Positions 9,206-18,758 of a stretch of 64,000 bases of DNA are shown one piece after another. The position numbers and the translations under genes are program-made. Every line of letters starts with the position of its first letter. Within the stretch, counting starts at the first letter, position 1. The notes below the pieces were generated by a model. That model made no database searches and was not told the origin of the DNA. It worked only from the letters and a program-made list of their open reading frames with translations. Source of the stretch: an uncultured cyanobacterium (GTDB lineage Bacteria; Cyanobacteriota; Cyanobacteriia; Cyanobacteriales; Cyanobacteriaceae); assembly GCA_963749915.1 (NCBI GenBank), contig CAVVOP010000009.1, forward strand, positions 27,347 through 91,346. Reading direction: 5' to 3'.

Positions 9206-10795
9206 TCAGAGTAAAGCTATGAGAGCCTCCTCCCCATGCTTATTAACATACTGCTGTAACAGATTCAGAGTAGTAATAGATAGATTTAAAGCCTTAAAAG
9301 TAGGTGTAGTATCTTCTAAATCAAGCAATTTAGTAGGATTATCAGGATGAGTTTTTAAGATCCCCTTTTCTACCAAGAATCGGGAAAAAGCACCATTGAG
9401 AGTAGGAGTACTCAATCTCTTCTGATATATTTGTAATCCTTTATATACTTCTTCCTCAACCTCAACATACCATTTACAACCTTGTCCGGCTTTATAATTA
9501 AGCCCTTCTTTAATCAGAATTTCTTTCTTCTGAGGTTTTTGTGGTTTAGATAATGATGGTAAATCTAAATCTTGGAGTCGGATTAACTCTCGTTGGTCAT
9601 TATCAAAAGCAACCACAAGAGAATTAACAGAGCTAATCTGGGTAACAACTCCTTCATTCCCACCAAAATAATGATTATCTTTTACTTTGACGCGATCTCC
9701 AATGGATAAGGGATTAGTTATTTTCTGTTTTCCTTTAGTGGGTTTGATATTAGCAGAATCTATTAATTCAGCATCAGTAACGGTAGAGGGAACGGGCAAC
9801 GGGGAACTGGGAACGGTGTTTTCTTCTTCCTTTACCTCATCTTCCTTAAGTTGTTCAGAAATTATCTGATTATCTTCTATTGGTGTTAATGATTCTGATG
9901 ATTTATCTTTACCGATATTGGTGGTGTCCTGAATATAGGTTTTTCCTCCTCGTTTTACTTTCCTCTGATTGTTAAGATTTGTATCTGCGGAATTTCCGCA
10001 GATAGATTCTCGTAAATTCCGCACAGTTTTTTCGTTAACACCACAGCGACGGGCTATTTCTCGATTGCTCCACTGACTCCATTCAGAATCTTCAAGTAGA
10101 GTCATTACCGCTTTTCGTTTATCAGCATTACTACGGCGAAGTCCATGAGTAGCATTAACCGTCAGAGAAAATAATAAAGCTTCTCGGTAAGTACCAGATT
10201 TTTCGATAAAGGGTAATTCAGTTATTCCTGCTTGTTTTGCCGCTTCTACACGGTGGAATCCATCTACCAAATAATAACGGGGAGTGGGCAACGGGCAATG
10301 GGCAGTGGTGGTTAATTCAGAATTATGAGAATCAAATAATTGATTATTGTCACTACTCCCTACTCCCTGTTCTCCACTCCCTTCTTCTCTCCAGACAGTA
10401 ATGGGAGGAAGTTCTGTACCTTCAGAATAAGCATTAGCATAATCATCCACCACAGAATTATTAATCTCTACCCTCTGCTGTAGATTGACATCAATGGTAA
10501 GTAAAGTTAGCTTAATCCTTCCTGATACTTCCTGAATACTATCTGAGATCGCCATAGGTTTATTAACCTTCTGAAGACTGTTAGCCAGTTCGGGGCTTGG
10601 AACATTAGAACTATCCCAATTAACCCAAAACTGCAACATCTTCCCGTTATTAACATGAATATCAGTTACTTTGCCGACATTCCCCCTGGCAAATACCCAA
10701 TCGCCGATTCCAATATTATTAGGATTGAGAGAAAAGTCAGGATAATTTTTAGATTTAAGCATAGTGACCTCCTCCCATAATTTGTCTGAAAGCAT
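9206..10795 (-). CDS. ParB/Srx-domain protein with HTH and KOW-like domain (copy 1)
   Basis: LVDGFHRVEAA ParB motif; NATHGLRRSNADKRKAV; HTH SNREIARRCGVNEKTVRNLR; probable start 10762 after GGAGGAGG. Confidence 0.85.
   Translation of the reverse strand: MLSDKLWEEVTMLKSKNYPDFSLNPNNIGIGDWVFARGNVGKVTDIHVNNGKMLQFWVNWDSSNVPSPELANSLQKVNKPMAISDSIQEVSGRIKLTLLTIDVNLQQRVEINNSVVDDYANAYSEGTELPPITVWREEGSGEQGVGSSDNNQLFDSHNSELTTTAHCPLPTPRYYLVDGFHRVEAAKQAGITELPFIEKSGTYREALLFSLTVNATHGLRRSNADKRKAVMTLLEDSEWSQWSNREIARRCGVNEKTVRNLRESICGNSADTNLNNQRKVKRGGKTYIQDTTNIGKDKSSESLTPIEDNQIISEQLKEDEVKEEENTVPSSPLPVPSTVTDAELIDSANIKPTKGKQKITNPLSIGDRVKVKDNHYFGGNEGVVTQISSVNSLVVAFDNDQRELIRLQDLDLPSLSKPQKPQKKEILIKEGLNYKAGQGCKWYVEVEEEVYKGLQIYQKRLSTPTLNGAFSRFLVEKGILKTHPDNPTKLLDLEDTTPTFKALNLSITTLNLLQQYVNKHGEEALIALL
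9982..10004. promoter_or_regulatory. Intragenic palindrome, candidate parS-like/operator site (allele 1)
   Basis: TATCTGCGGAA-T-TTCCGCAGATA, perfect 11-bp arms immediately after the HTH codons. Confidence 0.55.
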
Positions 10796-11994
10796 TTATC
10801 AAACCTAGTGCTTGAGGATTTTCTGGTATTGTTGTTTCTGATTGTTTAACATAATACTGTTCGTACCATCGATAAAATACTGTCCTTAAATTTCTGGTAT
10901 AACCTAAGCTATTATCATCAGTAAAGATGTAATCAACACGGCAATTTTTAGCCCTGGTCAACCATAAATCAAAACAAGGTAGTTTATCCTTCCAGGAGAT
11001 TTTCTCCCATGCTATTTGTTCTAGGCTTCGGCTTTTAACTCGGTATTCGTCAATGAGGTTATCAAAATATTCTGACCCCGTGGAGTTGGGGTTATTCTTT
11101 CCTGTTTTCCATTGCTGATACTCTAACCATAATCTTTCGAGGATGCGATTGCCCGTTGTTTTATCATTAGTGAGGAGGTATCGCTTAATATCTCTCGCTT
11201 TTGGCAATTTGCCCTGACAATATTTGATAAACTCCTCATTTTCTAATCTCTCATCTTCTTCTGAGGGAGTAGGTAGTAGGGAGTAGGGAGTAGTATTTTC
11301 TCTCAACACCCCGTTCCCAGTTCCCCGTTCCCAGTTCCCCGTTCTCCGTTCTCCGTTCCCCGTTCCCTGTTCCCCATTCCCCGTTGCCTTGAATTGTTAT
11401 TCTCTCTTCTTGTATATCTTGTATATCTTCCATCTTTCTATTATCTTTCAATCTTTCTGATTGATCTGATAAGTCTGAATTAGTCTGAATAGTCTGAGAG
11501 AGATTAGAATCAAGTTCTGGCAATGGTTCTGGCGATCGATTTTGCCGGATCTGAGAATTTTTTGCCGGATCTGATAATTTATTCTCGGATCTGAGAATTT
11601 TTTGCCGGATCTGATAATTTATTCTCGGATCTGATAATTCAGTTTCAGGACTATTAATGGGGGCTGGTTCTGATAATGTTTGCCCAGATTTGGAGATCCA
11701 TTCAATTAGCAGTTTGCCTGATTTAATCAAAATCAACCCTAATTTCTTGAGTTGAGCGACTGCTTTATAAATACTGCTCTCTGGTATATTCCAAGAAAGG
11801 GCGAATTCTTTGGGATTAACTTCTACTGGGCGGTCACAAAATGGATTTTCATACCGCAGTGCTAGGTGGACAAAAGCAGTATTGTTGATGAGCTTGGCTT
11901 TTCGTAGAGCAATTAACTCATCTTTTTGTAAAGGATAAAATTCTCCTTGTAGTTTGTTATTGCTTCTTTGAGGGGTGGGAATATTAAATGTCAT
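10755..11994 (-). pseudogene. Putative replication initiator (N-terminal HTH), frameshifted near 11310 (copy 1)
   Basis: HTH FALSWNIPESSIYKAVAQLKKLG; internal 20-bp repeats; copy 2 reads through the junction, copy 1 has GAACGGGGTG vs GAAGGGGTG. Confidence 0.65.
11539..11638. repeat. Five 20-bp tandem iteron-like repeats in rep copy 1
   Basis: Units ATT(A/C)TCAGATCCG(AGAAT/GCAAA)AA on the minus strand, each containing GATC. Confidence 0.8.
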
Positions 11995-11996
11995 AA

Positions 11997-12107
11997 TTAC
12001 ACCTCCTCTTCTGCGGTAATAAGAGCCAAGGCGATGCAATTTTGTTGATTGGCAATGTTAACCTTTTCCCATAAATCTTCGGTTAACATGAAAAATCTTT
12101 CATTCAT
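11997..12107 (-). CDS. 36-aa leader ORF ending 2 nt before the rep ATG
   Basis: MNERFFMLTEDLWEKVNIANQQNCIALALITAEEEV*; contains the rep GGAGG RBS. Confidence 0.45.
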   Translation of the reverse strand: MNERFFMLTEDLWEKVNIANQQNCIALALITAEEEV

Positions 12108-12255
12108 GATATAATAGACTCCTTGAAAGGAGTTAATAAATTTTAAGTAGGTTTAATGAATTCCTTGATAAAGCCCTTCATGTGCTAAACATGAAAAACT
12201 CGACTTTGTAACTAAGTATCGTCAAAACATTAGTTACTTAAGTTAATAACAAGAA

Positions 12256-12290
12256 ATCGAAAGACTCCTTCGGGGGTCTTTTTGATATTT
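12256..12290 (+). terminator. Hairpin with TTCG loop and T-tract
   Basis: AAAGACTCC-TTCG-GGGGTCTTTTT. Confidence 0.6.
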
Positions 12291-12442
12291 AACTTTTTTT
12301 CAGACAAGGATTTTTGCCAGTTTTTACTATTTAGTTAATTTTACCTCGTATCATTATGATTTTATATCATATCATTATAGTTTAATTTGTTTATTTTTCC
12401 AAGTAGAAGAAATAAAATCATTGAGTTAGTATAAGTTACTCA

Positions 12443-12784
12443 ATGGATAAAAGAGAAAGAAATTTATCAAATCTTTTACTTAGATTGAAAGATAATGAGA
12501 GTGAGAGAAAATTAGCTCAGAATATTGGAGTAAGCCAATATGCTATTAATTGTTGGTTAAATAATAAGCATTTTCCTGATACTAAGAATCTGAAAAAAAT
12601 AGCTGATTACATGGATATATCCATCGATCAATTATTATCTCAATTAAATGAAGAAGAAGCCTATAAATTAGAAGAGATAAAGACTGCACAAGGAATATTC
12701 AATTCTATTATTCTAAATCTGTCTCTTAAAGAAAAGCTCATCTTAATTAAACTTATAGCTAATAACGTTGAAGAAAATCTGTAA
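12443..12784 (+). CDS. XRE-family HTH regulator, divergent from rep
   Basis: SERKLAQNIGVSQYAINCWLNNKHFP...LKKIADYMDISIDQL. Confidence 0.85.
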   Translation: MDKRERNLSNLLLRLKDNESERKLAQNIGVSQYAINCWLNNKHFPDTKNLKKIADYMDISIDQLLSQLNEEEAYKLEEIKTAQGIFNSIILNLSLKEKLILIKLIANNVEENL

Positions 12785-13278
12785 TTTTTTACACTTTTCC
12801 GGCTCATTATACAGGAAAAAGTAACTTGAATTGATAATTGATGCACTTAAATTAATTATCTTTGTAATTCTAGGAGAGTTCTAATATGATTAGTCTCAAT
12901 CTTTGACCCTTAGTACATCAAGTATGTCACTTAATAATACACTAACAGTTTTTACAATGTTTAGGAGTTGAGCCGAGATATTAACGATAAAGTATAATTA
13001 GGATATTTATAACTTTTTATAATGCTCATTTACTACTTTATATAAAGTCTTAAAATATTCTAAATTTTGCTCTATTTCAAAAGCATTATTATCCTTTTTC
13101 TCATTACTGCAACCCCAACAAATTGCTTCTAAGTTATTAAACTCAAATAATAATTCTGGAAACCTTGCTTTATTCATCTTATGATCTAAAGTAATATAGT
13201 TAGGATGATAGTAAGTATTCTCAATTCTATTAATAGTTAATTGTCCTTTACTATTTTTATATTCATATCCTCTTTCTA

Positions 13279-14801
13279 CTCTAGTTTCCGCTAAAATGAG
13301 AGCAAGAAGTTAGCAAAAGTGCGATGACTAGATTCGGGGTAAGATTCTAGTTCATAATATTAGATAGCCAAACAAATTCCCAGAGAGGAGTGTATGCCAA
13401 TTGCTATCGAACAAACTCTACAAGCTTTACAATTTATTGTACAAACTGTACCAGTGGGAACGAATCTGGCTCTGATACATCTGATGTGGAGTATCCTGAA
13501 TGGCTCATTTCTGGGTAGTCGAGGAGCAATCTTTCCTGCTCTACAAGAGAATGGCTTCTCCCCGGAGGAGATTAGACGCAGTTGGCAAGCAATGCGTTAT
13601 GGGGCTTGGAATATCGATAATTTGTTACATTCATGGCGTGACTATGTCAAGCAACAAGGGCAATGGCAAGTCCATGAGTATGAAGGATATAGACCCCTGG
13701 CAGTGGATTTAACTGCCTTTTGGCGTTTGCGTTTAAAAGGATGGATGGGCAAATATTTCAACGGCATAGCGAATAAAATGCTCAAAGGGATTGGTTTTGC
13801 CTTGGTGGTGGAAGTCGGACAGTTGGCAGGTGAGCGCCTGCCCATACTGCGAAAAATTCTGCGAGCTGATGCCACTGAGCGTAGCCAGAAACAACTAAAG
13901 CTCAAAGCTTTGAGCTGGGTGGGGGAGAATCTGGCCGAAAATGAAGTCCTCATATTCGACGCGGGAGCACATATCAGTGAGTTAAAGTCAGCCTCGATCA
14001 AACGCTATGTAATTCGTCTAGCAAGCAATTGTACTACTCGTCGTAATCAGCTACCGGACTATTCAGGTCAAGGGCGGCGACCTGAGTACGGCCAACTAGT
14101 GAGACCGCTGCCGCGCCAACGAAAAGGTCAAACGATTGAGGCAACGGAGCCAGACTTGGAGACTTCCTTTGAATTAGACGGTCGCACGATTCGTGCCCAA
14201 AGCTGGCATAATTTGGTCCTTTCAAACTTGAAAGTTGACCCATCTCATCAGACTTTTTCCATCTGGGTCTTTTTTGACCCCCTCTACAACGATCCCCTGG
14301 TTTTGGCAACTGATCTGTGTTTACAACCTTTGAGTCTGTTCCACTTCTATCAAGATCGTTGGCCGGTGGAGCAGGTGCCTTTGGTAGCCAAGCAAATGTT
14401 GGGATTACACTGCCAATTCGTTTTTGCTCCAGAAAGTTGCCAACGTCTGCCGGAGCTGGCAATGTTAGTCGGCAATATTCTCAGTTACCTGGCACTGGTG
14501 TTGCCTCCCATCCCCACAGGCTTCTGGGACCGCCGCCCACAAAAAACGACCGGACGTTTGCGTCGGGTCTTAGCTCGGTCTGAGTTTCCCAAAGTTGCCC
14601 TAAACAATGGGCAAATCCGAAAAAAGAATTCTGTGACGGCTCATTTGCCCAAAGGCATCGCTGCTCATCGACGGCAAAAACGACCACAAATGGAGACCTC
14701 GATCGCTGCTTGAATCAAGTAAAATAGTAAATAAAAGGTGTTTGTGCTTCAGACAATAGTCTGGGCTGATTTTCTCATTCCAGATTTAGCGGAAAGTAAA
14801 G
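13279..14801 (+). mobile_element. Complete insertion sequence (DDE, IS701/IS4-like)
   Basis: TIR CTCTAGTTTCCGCTAAA / CTTTACTTTCCGCTAAA (15/17); 5-bp TSD TTCTA at 13274-13278 and 14802-14806. Confidence 0.9.
13394..14713 (+). CDS. DDE transposase
   Basis: LAVDLT, IFDAG, YQDRWPVEQ...KQMLG motifs. Confidence 0.88.
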   Translation: MPIAIEQTLQALQFIVQTVPVGTNLALIHLMWSILNGSFLGSRGAIFPALQENGFSPEEIRRSWQAMRYGAWNIDNLLHSWRDYVKQQGQWQVHEYEGYRPLAVDLTAFWRLRLKGWMGKYFNGIANKMLKGIGFALVVEVGQLAGERLPILRKILRADATERSQKQLKLKALSWVGENLAENEVLIFDAGAHISELKSASIKRYVIRLASNCTTRRNQLPDYSGQGRRPEYGQLVRPLPRQRKGQTIEATEPDLETSFELDGRTIRAQSWHNLVLSNLKVDPSHQTFSIWVFFDPLYNDPLVLATDLCLQPLSLFHFYQDRWPVEQVPLVAKQMLGLHCQFVFAPESCQRLPELAMLVGNILSYLALVLPPIPTGFWDRRPQKTTGRLRRVLARSEFPKVALNNGQIRKKNSVTAHLPKGIAAHRRQKRPQMETSIAA

Positions 14802-15046
14802 TTCTAAGGCTTCTTGTTTATTAGTAGTTGAATAATTATATCTTCCTTGAACCATTCTTCTACCACAATAAGGGCATGGTTTATCTCTATATAATGAACG
14901 ATAATCATTAGGACTTATCCAGCCATACTGAGGATGATTAATTAAAGGTTTATTTTGATGGCGATTCCAAATATCACTAATTTCCTTAGAGTCATATAAA
15001 CTAGCTAACCTCAAATTTTTTAATATTTCTTCACTCATATTTTTAG

Positions 15047-15400
15047 TTATAAAGGCTGATATTTATTTAAAGCATCTTCAGCTAATTTATTTAATTCTTG
15101 CTGGTTTTTATCTAAAGTTACGATCGCTTCAGAAGCAATTTCACTAGTTTTATCAGAGTTCATAATAGCTACATTTATAGCACCTACTAAATCACCTTTA
15201 GCTAATTTATGGTCAAAAATACTAACAATATTAGGCTTAAATTCTTGCAAAATTAACCATGATTTTTGTACATTATTCCAACCGATATTACGATAACCTT
15301 TTTCTTTAACTTCTTTTTGCTCTGATTTACTGAGCTTTTTAAAGACTGAGCTATTTCTTTTTTGCCACTGTCTATAGTTAAGATTTTGAACTATTTTCAT
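15047..15400 (-). CDS. Hypothetical protein, co-oriented upstream of the HNH gene
   Basis: 117-aa ORF, 8 bp from the HNH start. Confidence 0.6.
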   Translation of the reverse strand: MKIVQNLNYRQWQKRNSSVFKKLSKSEQKEVKEKGYRNIGWNNVQKSWLILQEFKPNIVSIFDHKLAKGDLVGAINVAIMNSDKTSEIASEAIVTLDKNQQELNKLAEDALNKYQPL

Positions 15401-15838
15401 TAGATTATAGACTACTAAGTAATAAACTTATTCTCCAAAATATTTTCGGATTTCATTCCATTCATTTAAACCAAAATTATTAGTTATATACTCTTTAATT
15501 TTTTCTAACTGATTTCTTAAATCATCATTTCTTTCCTCTAAGGATTTTATTTTTTCTTGAGATAATTTTGTTTGTTTTTCTAATCCATCTCTCTGTTCTT
15601 TAATTACTTGTTTTAAATCTTCTAAAGTCTCGTTATCACGTTCTATTTAATCACTTTTCTTCTTTGCTGAAAAATATCTTCATCTCTTACCTGATCTGAC
15701 TCTAATGGGATCTTAAAGTTTAACGACAAAAAAAGAAGGCAGGGGCAACAACCCCCACCAGAGCAACTAGGGAAGAGAAGCCCAAGCACCCCACCCACGA
15801 ACGGGGGAGGACGCAGGAACAACAACGGGGCGTTAGTA

Positions 15839-16019
15839 TAGGGTTTGTGCAACCAGGTGCAACTTGAGGTTAAAACGCTTTATTTATAAGTGTTTCAGCC
15901 TTTGACTTTTTTCTCTTGTATTAAATTTGTGTTTTATAAGATTTTAACGAAATAATAATGGTTTCAGCCCTTTTTATCTAGCTTTTTATGGCTTACTGCA
16001 CCTCGTTACAAGAACCCTA
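15839..16019. mobile_element. ~180-bp MITE (family shared with 60893-61072)
   Basis: TIR TAGGGTTTGTGCAACCAGGTGCA / TAGGGTTCTTGTAACGAGGTGCA; internal GTTTCAG motifs. Confidence 0.75.
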
Positions 16020-16942
16020 TGTTCGGGCCCATTAATAGTCCTGAAACTGAATTATCAGATCCGAGAATAAATTATCAGATCCGGCAAAAAATTCTCAGAT
16101 CCGAGAATAAATTATCAGATCCGGCAAAAAATTCTCAGATCCGGCAAAATCGATCGCCAGAACCATTGCCAGAACTTGATTCTAATCTCTCTCAGACTAT
16201 CCAGACTAATTCAGACTTATCAGATCAATCAGAAAGATTGAAAGATGATAGAAAGATGGAAGACTTACAAGATATACAAGATATACAAGAAGAGAGAATA
16301 ACAATTCAAGGCAACGGGGAATGGGGAACAGGGAACGGGGAACGGAGAACGGAGAACGGGGAACAGGGAACGGGGAACAGTGAAGGGGTGTTGAGAGAAA
16401 ATACTACTCCCTACTCCCTACTACCTACTCCCTCAGAAGAAGATGAAAGATTAGAAAATGAGGAGTTTATCAAATATTGTCAGGGCAAATTGCCAAAAGC
16501 GAGAGATATTAAGCGATACCTCCTCACTAATGATAAAACAACGGGCAATCGTATCCTCGAAAGATTATGGTTAGAGTATCAGCAATGGAAAACAGGAAAG
16601 AATAACCCCAACTCCACGGGGTCAGAATATTTTGATAACCTCATTGACGAATACCGACTTAAAAGCCGAAGCCTAGAACAAATAGCATGGGAGAAAATCT
16701 CCTGGAAGGATAAACTACCTTGTTTTGATTTATGGTTGACCAGGGCTAAAAATTGCCGTGTTGATTACATCTTTACTGATGATAATAGCTTAGGTTACAC
16801 CAGAAATTTAAGGACAGTATTTTATCGATGGTACGAACAGTATTATGTTAAACAATCAGAAACAACAATACCAGAAAATCCTCAAGCACTAGGTTTGATA
16901 AATGCTTTCCGGCAAATTATGGGAGGAGGTCACTATGCTTAA
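16019..16942 (+). pseudogene. 5'-truncated rep copy 2 (in frame, no HTH; ATG supplied by the MITE end)
   Basis: Near-identical inverted copy of 10755-11660 starting at PINSPETELS. Confidence 0.75.
16051..16150. repeat. Five 20-bp iteron-like repeats in rep copy 2
   Basis: ATTATCAGATCCGAGAATAA / ATTATCAGATCCGGCAAAAA units. Confidence 0.8.
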
Positions 16943-18542
16943 ATCTAAAAATTATCCTGACTTTTCTCTCAATCCTAATAATATTGGAATCGGCGATTGG
17001 GTATTTGCCAGGGGGAATGTCGGCAAAGTAACTGATATTCATGTTAATAACGGCAAGATGTTGCAGTTTTGGGTTAATTGGGATAGTTCTAATGTTCCTA
17101 GTCCTGAACTGGCTAACAATCTTCAGAAGGTTAATAAACCTATGGCGATCTCAGATAGCATTCAGGAAGTATCAGGAAGGATTAAGCTGACTTTACTTAC
17201 CATTGATGTCAACCTACAGCAGAGGGTAGAGATTAATAATTCTGTGGTGGATGATTATGCTAATGCTTATTCTGAAGGTACAGAACTTCCTCCTATAACT
17301 GTCTGGAGAGAAGAAGGGAAAAGGGAAGAGGGAATAGGGAGTAGTGACAATAATCAATTATTTGATTCTCATCATTCTGAATTAACCACCACTACCCACT
17401 GCCCACTGCCCACTCCTCGTTATTATTTGGTTGATGGTTTTCACCGAGTAGAAGCGGCGAAACAAGCAGGAATAACTGAATTACCCTTTATCGAAAAATC
17501 TGGTACTTATCGAGAAGCTTTATTGTTTTCTCTGACGGTTAATGCTACTCATGGACTTCGCCGTAGTAATGCTGATAAACGAAAAGCTGTCATGACTCTA
17601 CTTGAAGATTCTGAATGGAGTCAGTGGAGCGATCGGGAAATTGCTCGCCAATGTGGAGTTAGTCATCAGTTTGTCAACAATCTTCGTAAATCTATCTGTC
17701 AACCGTTGACAGATACAAATCTTAACAATTCGGATGAGTCTATCTGTCATTCGTTGACAGATACAAATCTTAACAATCAGAGAAAAGTCACACGAGGGGG
17801 AAAAACATATATTCAGGATACTACCAATATTGGTAAACCTAAGTCATCAGAATCATTAACACCAGTAGAAGATAATCAGATAATTTCTGAACAACTATCA
17901 GAAGATATAGAGGTCACAGATTTTCAGGAAAATAACCTTATCTATAATGCCCCGGTAGAAATAGATAATGGTAATACTACTGCTGAATTAATAGATTCTG
18001 CTAATATCAAACCCACTAAAGGAAAACAGAAAATAACTAATCCCTTATCTATAGGCGATCGAGTTAAGGTAAAAGATAATCATTATTTTGGTGGGCGTGA
18101 AGGAGTCGTTACCCAGATTAGTTCTCCTAGTTCTCTTGTGGTTGCTTTTGATAATGACCAACGAGAGTTAATCCGACTCCAAGATTTAGATTTACCATCA
18201 TTATCTAAACCACAAAAACCTCAAAAGAAAGAAATTCTGATTAAAGAAGGGCTTAATTATAAAGCCGGACAAGGTTGTAAATGGTATGTTGAGGTTGAGG
18301 AAGAAGATTATCGTCTCTTTCAAGAATATCAAAGACAAGTTAATGCTCCCACTATTCGCTCCTGTTTAGTCAGAGCTGTAGAGGGGCAAAAACAGGAAAA
18401 ATCACCGATTAAAACTGATGATTTACTGATTAATTTAAGTAGTAAAATTAGTTATCTGAATCAAGAACAAAGATTGTTGTTAGCTAAACAATTAATTGAA
18501 TCAGACCCAGATATTTTCAACAAAATCATCAAGGAAAAATAA
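16902..18542 (+). CDS. ParB/Srx-domain protein with HTH and KOW-like domain (copy 2)
   Basis: Paralog of 9206..10795; HTH SDREIARQCGVSHQFVNNLR; different C-terminus after WYVEVEEE. Confidence 0.85.
   Translation: MLSGKLWEEVTMLKSKNYPDFSLNPNNIGIGDWVFARGNVGKVTDIHVNNGKMLQFWVNWDSSNVPSPELANNLQKVNKPMAISDSIQEVSGRIKLTLLTIDVNLQQRVEINNSVVDDYANAYSEGTELPPITVWREEGKREEGIGSSDNNQLFDSHHSELTTTTHCPLPTPRYYLVDGFHRVEAAKQAGITELPFIEKSGTYREALLFSLTVNATHGLRRSNADKRKAVMTLLEDSEWSQWSDREIARQCGVSHQFVNNLRKSICQPLTDTNLNNSDESICHSLTDTNLNNQRKVTRGGKTYIQDTTNIGKPKSSESLTPVEDNQIISEQLSEDIEVTDFQENNLIYNAPVEIDNGNTTAELIDSANIKPTKGKQKITNPLSIGDRVKVKDNHYFGGREGVVTQISSPSSLVVAFDNDQRELIRLQDLDLPSLSKPQKPQKKEILIKEGLNYKAGQGCKWYVEVEEEDYRLFQEYQRQVNAPTIRSCLVRAVEGQKQEKSPIKTDDLLINLSSKISYLNQEQRLLLAKQLIESDPDIFNKIIKEK
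17693..17763. promoter_or_regulatory. Two intragenic palindromes, candidate parS-like/operator sites (allele 2)
   Basis: TATCTGTCAAC-C-GTTGACAGATA (17693-17715) and TATCTGTCATTCGTTGACAGATA (17741-17763). Confidence 0.55.
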
Positions 18543-18545
18543 AAT

Positions 18546-18722
18546 ATGGAAGATAACGAAACAGTTTTTGTTACCCAAAAGTTTGATGGTAAACAAATCA
18601 AAAATGTTTACCATGTACCAGTCAGTCCAGAAATCTACTTTCAACTAGAACTACTGAGAAGACAATTAAACTTCAAAACTCATAGTGAAGTTATTCGATA
18701 TTTATTAGAAAAAAATCAATAA
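18546..18722 (+). CDS. Small ribbon-helix-helix-like protein (58 aa, not in ORF track)
   Basis: MEDNETVFVTQKFDGKQIKNVYHVPVSPEIYFQLELLRRQLNFKTHSEVIRYLLEKNQ; 3 bp after the parB stop. Confidence 0.55.
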   Translation: MEDNETVFVTQKFDGKQIKNVYHVPVSPEIYFQLELLRRQLNFKTHSEVIRYLLEKNQ

Positions 18723-18758
18723 CTTAAAATTAAAAACAGTCTTGACTGAGCTATTCTT

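Larger units (their letters stand above)
13007..15038 (-). pseudogene. HNH endonuclease (167 aa when rejoined) interrupted by an IS
   Basis: CPYC before the IS; TLDHKMNKARFPELLFEFNNLEAICWGCSNEK after; removing the IS plus one TSD gives in-frame EALERGYEY. Confidence 0.8.

Noticed and set aside
15643..15852. 69-aa ORF over a GC-skewed patch
   Set aside because: Starts inside a MITE and has no recognisable family; function of the patch is unresolved
16051..16150. CRISPR array
   Set aside because: Repeats are contiguous with no unique spacers, and no cas genes are present
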